From: an uncultured Actinomycetota bacterium | GTDB lineage: Bacteria > Actinomycetota > Actinomycetes > Propionibacteriales > Nocardioidaceae | Length of the DNA stretch: 64,000 nt | Direction of reading: 5' to 3' | NCBI GenBank assembly: GCA_963830145.1 | Contig: CAWHLI010000014.1 | Location: 8,400 to 72,399, forward strand | Shown: in pieces, positions 57,232 through 64,000 of the stretch | Layout: each line of letters starts with the position of its first letter | Numbering within the stretch: position 1 is the stretch's first letter | Made by a program: the position numbers and the translations under genes | Notes under the pieces: model-generated | The model's input: the letters and a program-made list of their open reading frames with translations, nothing else | Told to the model about the DNA's origin: nothing | Database searches by the model: none

Positions 57232-58425
57232 ACGGCTTCGGGCTCGACCACCTGCCCTACGGCGTCTTCTCGGTCGCGGGCGGGCCGCGCCGGGTGGGGG
57301 TGCGGTACGACGACGAGGAGGGCTCGTGGGTCGTCGACCTGCACGGGGAGACCGGTCGGCCGGAGTTCGCGACCAGCTCGCTGAACACCTTCATGGCGCT
57401 CGGGCCGGAGGTGTGGCGGCAGACCCGCGACGAGGTGCGCGCCCTGATCGAGGGCGGGTGCGAGCCGCTGCCGCTCGAGGAGGTCACGCTGCACCTGCCG
57501 GTCGAGGTCGCCGACTACGTCGACTTCTACGCCTCGCTCGACCACGCGACCAACGTCGGCAGGATGTTCCGGCCCGACTCCGAGCCGCTCACCCCCAACT
57601 GGCGCCACCTCCCGATCGGCTACCACGGCCGCGCGGGCACGATCGTGGTGTCCGGGACGCCGGTCACCCGGCCCAGCGGCCAGCGCAAGGCGCCCGACGA
57701 GCCGGCCCCGACGTACGGCGCGTCCGGCGGCTCGACATCGAGGCGGAGCTCGGCTTCGTCGTCGGCGCGCCGTCCGAGCTCGGCTGCGCGGTGCCGGTCA
57801 CCGCGCTCGCCGACCACGTCTTCGGCGTCACCGGCCTCAACGACTGGTCCGCGCGCGACCTCCAGGCGTGGGAGTACGTCCCGCTCGGCCCGTTCCTCGG
57901 CAAGTCGTTCGCGACGTCGATCTCGCCGTGGGTCACCCCGCTCGCCGCGCTCGACGCGGCCTGGGTCGACCTGCCCGGCCAGGACCCCGAGCCGCTCCCC
58001 TACCTCGGCCCGGGCGCCGACGCGCGGGCCTCGACATCGACGATCGAGGTCGAGCTGAACGGCGAGGTCGTCAGCCGGCCGCCGTACCGCACGATGTACT
58101 GGTCGCCCGCCCAGATGCTGGCGCACATGACGGTGAACGGCGCCTCGCTGCGCACCGGCGACCTGTTCGCCTCAGGCACGGTCAGCGGCCCCGAGCCCGG
58201 CCAGCGCGGCTCGTTCCTCGAGCTGTCGTGGGGCGGCAAGGAGCCGTTCGAGCACGGCGACGGGCGAGCCACACCTTCCTCGAGGACGGCGACGAGGTCG
58301 TGCTCCGCTACTCCGCCCCCGGCACCGGCGGCGGCCGGCTCACGCTCGGCGAGGTCACCGGACGGGTCGAGCCTCCGTCCCCGCCGCGACGGCCTGAGCG
58401 CGGTCGCCTCACCAGCGTCCACTGA
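57228..58425 (+). CDS. fahA: Fumarylacetoacetase (several apparent frameshifts; 3-prime end uncertain)
   Basis: DYVDFYAS..HA.NVG, LPIGYHGRA, LDIEAELG, NDWSARD.QAWEYVPLGPF.GK, GDLFASGT.SG. Confidence 0.88.
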
Positions 58426-58429
58426 CCAC

Positions 58430-58805
58430 GCTGACCACGCCCGACTTCACCGTCAACGGCTGGGACGAACGCCGCATCGACGGCCGTCGAGGATGGCCTG
58501 CGATGGCGCCACCGCGGCACGATCGACGATGCGCAAGGCACCCGATCCAGGACCGAGGGATCGCGCGAGCCCCTACGGTCCGCCGGCGGAGCGGTCCCGG
58601 CGGCCTGGGGCTACAGGTCACCGCACGGACCTCCACGGGGGGTCTTCCGTCACGCCGAGCTGGCAGGCGCGAGGGTGTACGTCGACGCGAGCCGTGGTTC
58701 GGCCACGTGGTGCCGGGTGGGGCTCCGATGCTTCGCCGTCTGGTCGGGCGAGGCGCGCACCGAGCACGACGTCGGGCGTTCCATTTCGTCTTCGAGCTGG
58801 CCTGA
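58430..58805 (+). pseudogene. Possible degraded or garbled DUF3224-like gene
   Basis: Fragments FTVNGWDE, HVVPG and terminal FHFVFELA in different frames; no intact ORF. Confidence 0.3.
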
Positions 58806-58833
58806 CCGGAGTGCCCGAGCACCGGTCGCAGGA

Positions 58834-58861
58834 TAGAACTTGTTCCAGTTCTGCCTACGCT
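58834..58861 (+). promoter_or_regulatory. KstR-type operator over a leaderless promoter
   Basis: TAGAACTTGTTCCA (58834-58847) matches TnnAACnnGTTnnA; TACGCT -10 (58856-58861) 6 nt before ATG 58868. Confidence 0.55.
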
Positions 58862-58867
58862 CTGCGC

Positions 58868-59340
58868 ATGGGCCTGTTGACTCCCCTGGCGATCCGGATC
58901 GGGGCGATCCCGTGGATGCCGAAGCTGCTCCCGCAGATCGTCTGGTTCGACACGAGGCTGCACAGGGTGACCCGCGGCCGGGTCACCGTGCTCGACATCG
59001 CCGGGCTGCCCGACCTGAACCTGACCGTGACGGGCAAGAAGTCCGGCATCGAGCGGACCACTCCTCTGCTGTGCGTCCCCGACGGCGACACGATCCTGAT
59101 CGCCGGCTCCTACTTCGGCGGGCCCAAGACGCCGCTGTGGGTCGGCAACCTGCGCGCAGCGGACGGCAGGCGAAGGTCGCCTACGGCCGGGAGTCCTTCC
59201 GGGTCCACGCCACCGAGCTCGAGGGTGCCGATCGTGCCGCGGCCTGGCAGACGATGCTCGAGACCTGGCCCAACTACGCGAAGTACGAGGAGCGCACCGA
59301 CCGGCTGATCCCGGTGTTCCGGCTGACGCGGCTTCCCTGA
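58868..59340 (+). CDS. Deazaflavin (F420)-dependent nitroreductase family protein, Ddn-like (one frameshift near 59165)
   Basis: [46 protein letters not shown]. Confidence 0.85.
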
Positions 59341-59369
59341 CCGGACAGGTACGGCGCTAGCGTTCCTGC

Positions 59370-60318
59370 GTGCAGTACGGCCAGTACCCCGCCCCCGGTT
59401 CACCGTCGCCCACCTCAGCGACGTCCACCTGCTCTCCCCGGCATCAAGCAGTACGGCGTCGTCGTGCCCGAGCACGGGCTGCAGCTCGCCCTCGAGCGGC
59501 TGCGCCGGCTCGACCCGGTGCCGCAGGCGCTGGTGTTCACCGGCGACCTCGCCGACAAGGCGCGAGCCCGACGCCTACGCGCGGCTGCGGGAGCTCGTCG
59601 AGCCGGTGGCCGCGGACCTGGGCGCCGAGGTGGTCTGGGTGATCGGCAACCACGACGAGCGGGCGCCGTACGCCAAGGGACTCTTCGACTCCGACGACGA
59701 CGGGCCGCAGGACCGGGTCCACGACGTGGGCGGGCTACGGATCGTGGCGCTCGACACGAGCGTGCCCGGCGTACCACCACGGCGAGCTGCTCGCCCGAGC
59801 AGCTCGACTGGCTCCGCGAGGTCCTGAGCACGCCGGCCGAGCACGGCACCATCCTCGCGATGCACCACGCGCCGATCCCGGTGCCGACCCTCGAGCCGGC
59901 CGCGATCATCGAGCTGCTCGACCAGGACCGGCTGGCCGAGGTGGTCGAGGGCAGCGACGTGCGGCAGATCCTCGGCGGCCACTTCCACTACACGTCGCAC
60001 TCGACGTTCGCCGGCGTGCCGGTCTCGATCGCCTCGGCGTCCTGCTACACCACCGACCCGGCGCCCGTGGACCGGCTGATCTCGGGCGTCGACGGCCACC
60101 AGGCGTTCAACACCGTGCACGTCTACGACGACCGGATCGTGCACACCGTGATCCCGATCCCCGAGGCGCCCGAGGTCAGCGGCCAGCCGGCGGCGTTCAG
60201 GGAGGCCCTGGACGCGCTGTCGTTCGAGGAGCGCCGCGAGATCATCAGCCGCAAGGACTCCGACTTCAACACCCACACGGAGTCCCACGAGCCGCGGGAC
60301 GCGCTGACGGACCTGTAG
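59370..60318 (+). CDS. cpdA: CpdA-like metallophosphoesterase (several frameshifts)
   Basis: HLSDVH, TGDLAD, GNHD, MHH, GHFH motifs across frames. Confidence 0.8.
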
Positions 60319-60358
60319 CTGAACGTCCGTCCGGCGGCGACGTAGTCCCGCTGCCAGC

Positions 60359-60945
60359 TCAGGACGTGCGGTCGCTCGAGTCGCCGACGATGACCACGAA
60401 GAAGCGCTTGCGGTTGTTGTCCGTGGTGAACCCACCGTCGCTCAGCCGCGGGCTGACCACGAAGACGTTGGGGACCGCCGCACCAGGGGGTGCACACGCC
60501 GTGATCGGGGTGCCGCACTGGCTGACCGCGATCTCGCCCGAGAACTCCGGGTTGGCGTCGCTCCCCGGTGCCCGTCCACTGGTGATGGAGTCGCCGTTCT
60601 GGTCCGTGGTGTTCTGCAGCACCACGGTGGCGGTGATGGCGTTGTTGGCCAGTGGCTCGTTCGCGTTGATGTAGACGTTGCCGTTGGCGCGCAGGCTGTT
60701 GTCGGGCGCCGGGTCGACGGCCGTGTTCGGCAGCACCGGGTAGCCGGCGACGACGCTGAAGCCACCCGACTGCGCCTCGATCTGGCCCGCGGCGTTGACC
60801 AGGGCCCAGCGGGCGCCGGTCGGGACGTTCGGGATCACACCTGCCTGCCAGGTCGGCGGCGCCGATCGATCCCGTCCTTGATGTCCTTGCCCTTGAGGCC
60901 GTCGTCCTTGACGTCGGCGCTCCTGACCGAGTTCGAGGGGCTGAT
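60359..60945 (-). CDS. Secreted-type hypothetical protein, 5-prime end missing
   Basis: SNSVRSADVKDDGLKGKDIKD repeat then RWALVNAAGQIEAQSGGF...; no start or signal peptide before the opposite-strand gene begins. Confidence 0.55.
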
Positions 60946-60948
60946 CGC

Positions 60949-61562
60949 ATGACCGACCACGACTGGGACGACGAGCCAGCACTGCTGGAGGAGCTGGGCA
61001 GAGCCTTGGGACACGACCCGGGGGCAGTGCCCCCGCCCGACCGAGTGGCGGCGATCCGGGCCGCCGCGGCTGAACGCATCGGGGCCCGACATCGGGGCCG
61101 ACGCCCCCGTGACCCCGCTGGCGAGCCGTTCGCCGCGGCGGCTGTTCCGTGACCGGAGGCATCGCCGCGGGCGTCGGCGGCGTCGCCGGCTACCTGGGCA
61201 GACGGGCCGGCGAGACGGAGCCCGTGGCCTCGCCGCCGGCGCCGCCGACCGCCCACCGACTGAAGAGATCAGCTTCGCCGGCGACGCCGAGGTCTCGACC
61301 TCGGCGCTGATCAACCACACGTGGGGCACCGAGCTGCTGCTCGACGTCCGAGGGCTGGCCGAGGGCACGGCGTACGACGTCGTCTACGACACCGCCGCGG
61401 GCAGAAGTAACGGCCGGGTCGCTGCTGGCTGTCGGGGACGTGGTGATGAAGTGCCGGTTCAACGCCGCCCCGTTGCGGGCCGACGTGCGCGCGATCGAGG
61501 TGCGCGGCCCCGACGGTGCGGTCGCCCTCCGGGCCGACCTCCCGTCGACACCGGCCACCTGA
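60949..61562 (+). CDS. Putative anti-sigma factor-like membrane protein (frameshifted)
   Basis: PPPDRVAAIRAAA, TM segment, then HTWGTELLLDVRGL...Y...C C-terminal domain. Confidence 0.55.
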
Positions 61563-61579
61563 CAGGTCACGATGGCGGC

Positions 61580-62014
61580 GTGTCAGTCGTCGTACGCCCG
61601 CGTGGCGGAGCCGGACCGGGAGAGGTGGGCCGAGCTCTACCGCGGCTACGCCGCGTTCTACGAGGTGCCCACGCCAGACCTCGACCACCTCTGGCACCGG
61701 ATCACCGAGCGGGCGACCTCGAGTGCTTCGTCGCCGAGCTCGACGGCGAGGTGGTCGGCATGGCGCACGTCCGTGCGTACGCGCGGCCGCTCGAGGGCGA
61801 CTGGGGCGGGTTCCTCGACGACCTGTTCGTCGACCCGACCCGGCGCGGCAGCGGTGCCGGCGAGGCGCTGCTCCAGCACCTGCGCGCGCTGGCCCGGGAG
61901 CGCGGCTGGGGCGTCATCACCTGGATCACCGGCGCCGACAACCACGTCGCCCGCCGGCTCTACGACCGGCTGGCCGAGGCCCAGCCGTGGGTCACCTACG
62001 ACATGGCGCCGTGA
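61580..62014 (+). CDS. GNAT N-acetyltransferase (frameshifted)
   Basis: LYRGYAAFY, FLDDLFVDPTRRGSGAGEAL, WITGADN..ARRLYD. Confidence 0.82.
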   Translation: MSVVVRPRGGAGPGEVGRALPRLRRVLRGAHARPRPPLAPDHRAGDLECFVAELDGEVVGMAHVRAYARPLEGDWGGFLDDLFVDPTRRGSGAGEALLQHLRALARERGWGVITWITGADNHVARRLYDRLAEAQPWVTYDMAP

Positions 62015-62194
62015 CGCCCGTCAGCAGCCGCGCTGCGGACGACGCCAAGGCCTGCCCGTGATCCCGTCCGGAGGCCGAGGCAACCGGCGAGAGAGCCGCT
62101 GCGCACGATGCGCGATCCCGAGACTTGACCACTTGAAGACTTCTTCAAGTAGGGTCATCCGTGCACGGGTGAGGACATCGATTCAGGAGTCACG

Positions 62195-62284
62195 TTGGAC
62201 AGGTTCATCACCATCGCGGGGCTGACGCTCAGCGGGGTGTGGCTGGTCGTGCTGGCACTCGTGACCGGGCTGCAGCGGTTCTGA
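62195..62284 (+). CDS. Small single-TM peptide (29 aa)
   Basis: AGGAG 5 nt before TTG; MDRFITIAGLTLSGVWLVVLALVTGLQRF. Confidence 0.5.
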   Translation: MDRFITIAGLTLSGVWLVVLALVTGLQRF

Positions 62285-62290
62285 CGCTGA

Positions 62291-62325
62291 GCAGCCCCGC
62301 TAGCAGCCCCGCTAGCAGCCCCGCT
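62291..62325. repeat. 12-nt tandem repeat, 3 copies
   Basis: GCAGCCCCGCTA x3, spanning the stop codon of the minus-strand lipoprotein gene. Confidence 0.8.
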
Positions 62326-63198
62326 GGGCCTTCACGTCGGCGTTGGTCATGACCAGGTCGTCGTCCGGCGCCGTCACCTTGGGCGCCTCGACGTTGCCGG
62401 GCTTGTAGTTCAGCGAGATCCGGAGCTGTCCCACCGTGGCCTCCGCGTCGGGCGACACGTCACCGCCGGCCGCGCGCACGGCCTCGACCAGGTCGGCGCC
62501 CTTGAGCTCGACATCGGTGAGTACGCCGGCCGAGAGCCGGACACCCACGGGGACCGACGCGCCGTCGAGCTGGCTGGCGTCGAGCTGCAGGAGGCCGAGC
62601 ACCCCCGTGGTCAGCAGCTGCAGCCCGACCCGGAGCGGCACGTCGGCGCCGACGACGACGGTGTCGCCGTCCTGGCCCACCACGACCTCCGGCTGGAGCG
62701 CACCCAGCAGGGTGACGTAGCCGGGCACTCCCGGCGTCATCGCGAGCTGGCCGCCGGGCACCTGGCCGGGACCGGTGCGCAGCCAGCAGCCGGCCAGCGG
62801 CTTCGCCCACATGGACAGCTGCATGTAGAGGTCGTCGCCGACCGCGCGCACGTCCATCGAGCCCTTGATCTCGTCGCCCTGCGGGGCATCGGGGCTGGTG
62901 AGCTCCTTCGGCGAGGTGGTCGTCGACTCCCAGCCCGCCTGCTGGAACGCCCGCCCCTTGGTCTCGATGGCGAGCGCCTCCCCGGAGTAGACGTCGTGGC
63001 GGAAGTCGATCACCGGCTCGTCCACCAGCGGCTTCAGGGCCGCGCGGAAGATCACCTCCACGTCGTCCGTGCTGATGGCGGACCCGTCGGGCTGGTCGTG
63101 GGCGTCCCGGGCGGCGGCGTACCGGCCGGATCGTCGCTCCCGCTGCAGCCGGCCAGGGCAGAGAGCAGCGCGAGCACCACCAGCCACCTCGTCCGCAC
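62312..63198 (-). CDS. Putative lipoprotein (frameshift near 63070)
   Basis: MRTRWLVVLALLSALAGC lipobox from GTG 63198; continues in the long ORF ending KAQRGC. Confidence 0.65.
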
Positions 63199-63222
63199 GG
63201 CTCGACGGTACGGCGAGCGTGG

Positions 63223-63779
63223 TCAGCGGCGGACCCGGTAGCGGATGTGGGTGGCCTCCGGGGTGTCGATCACGCCCACGAGCTCGAGCTCGACGAGCCC
63301 GGGCAGGACGTCGAACAGGCGGCGCCCTCGCCCAGCAGCACTGGGACGACGTGGAGCTGGACCTCGTCGAGCACGCCCGCCTCCAGCGCGCGCTGGGCGA
63401 CGTACCCGCCGCGAACTGGACGTCCTTGCCGTCGGCTGCGGCCCTGGCCTGCGCCATGGCGCTCTCGATGCCGTCGGCGACGTAGGTGACCAGGGGATAG
63501 CCCCAGCGGGCGGGCGGCGGTGGCGGCCGGTGACTGGGCACGAAGATCGGGATCCCGCCGTGGGACCGCCCCAGTGGTCCATGAGCTCGGCGGTGCGACG
63601 CCCGGCGAGCACCGCGCCGGCAGCCCTCCACTCGTCCTCGAAGTGCTGGACGGGATGGGAGGGTCCTGGGAGGCAGCCCACGCGTGCAGCCGCTCGCCGT
63701 CCTCGCCCCCGAGGTAGTCGTCGGTGTCGGCGATGAAGCCGTCGACCGAGACGGACATGTCGAGCACGGAAGTGGACAC
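63223..63779 (-). CDS. Dihydrofolate reductase/RibD C-terminal family protein (frameshifted)
   Basis: MSVSVDGFIA, GRRTAE, VADGIESA...A.DGKDV, LDEVQLHVVPVLLG.G.RLF. Confidence 0.8.
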
Positions 63780-63809
63780 GGCTGTCCGTTGGGGCGTGGG
63801 TGGGCGGGC

Positions 63810-64000
63810 CAGTGCGGCCCGGAGGACCGGACGGCGTAGGTGACGTGGACGACCGAGCTGGCTGCCCGCGCCGACAACTCGCTCGAGTGCCAGCGGCGGG
63901 ACACCCTCGAACACCCGTGCGCCGGCGCCGATCGTGAGGGGCACGATGTGGAGCCGCAGCTCGTCGATCAGTCCGGCGGCGAGGTACTGGTTGACGGTGT
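63810..64000 (-). CDS. Second RibD C-terminal family protein (3-prime part only)
   Basis: TVNQYLAAGLIDELRLHIVPLTIGAGARVFEG...VVHVTY. Confidence 0.75.

Noticed and set aside
55184-58425. hmgA and fahA as true pseudogenes
   Set aside because: Catalytic motifs and codon usage are intact, no in-frame stops accumulate, and neighbours show the same indel pattern.

Overview
High-GC actinobacterial chromosome segment, Nocardioides-like by gene order and protein style (inference). The core is the conserved translation/transcription cluster on the minus strand: tRNA-Thr, tRNA-Met, rpmG, hadA/hadB-like dehydratases, murB, tRNA-Trp, secE, nusG, rplK, rplA, rplJ, rplL, rpoB, rpoC. A complete mce transporter operon (mceG, yrbEA/B, mceA-F, two Mce-associated membrane genes) sits between rplL and rpoB. 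The flanks carry metabolic genes (hydroxyacid-oxoacid transhydrogenase with an FAD/Fe-S oxidoreductase, menJ-like reductase, glcD/glcB/glcG, hmgA/fahA, ydeP-like, amidase). I see no CRISPR array, integrase, transposase, phage gene or rRNA. Frameshifts in the essential rpoC gene and in nearly every gene beyond 55 kb point to consensus errors rather than biology. Most unusual observation: the only two gaps in the chain of (A/G)TGA overlaps from yrbEB to the end of the mce operon are each filled exactly by a related mini-ORF (18 and 25 aa, both MT..P..TA...ETP) that overlaps the upstream stop and the downstream start by ATGA. Also notable: a J-like domain lacking HPD fused to an Mce-associated membrane protein, Asn at the RpoB S531-equivalent, twin L1-binding-like RNA motifs, a KstR-type box at a ddn-like gene, a SoxR/MerR-type promoter, an 18-bp bidirectional leaderless promoter and paired long palindromes after rpoC. 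All assignments are from reading the sequence; no database searches were run.
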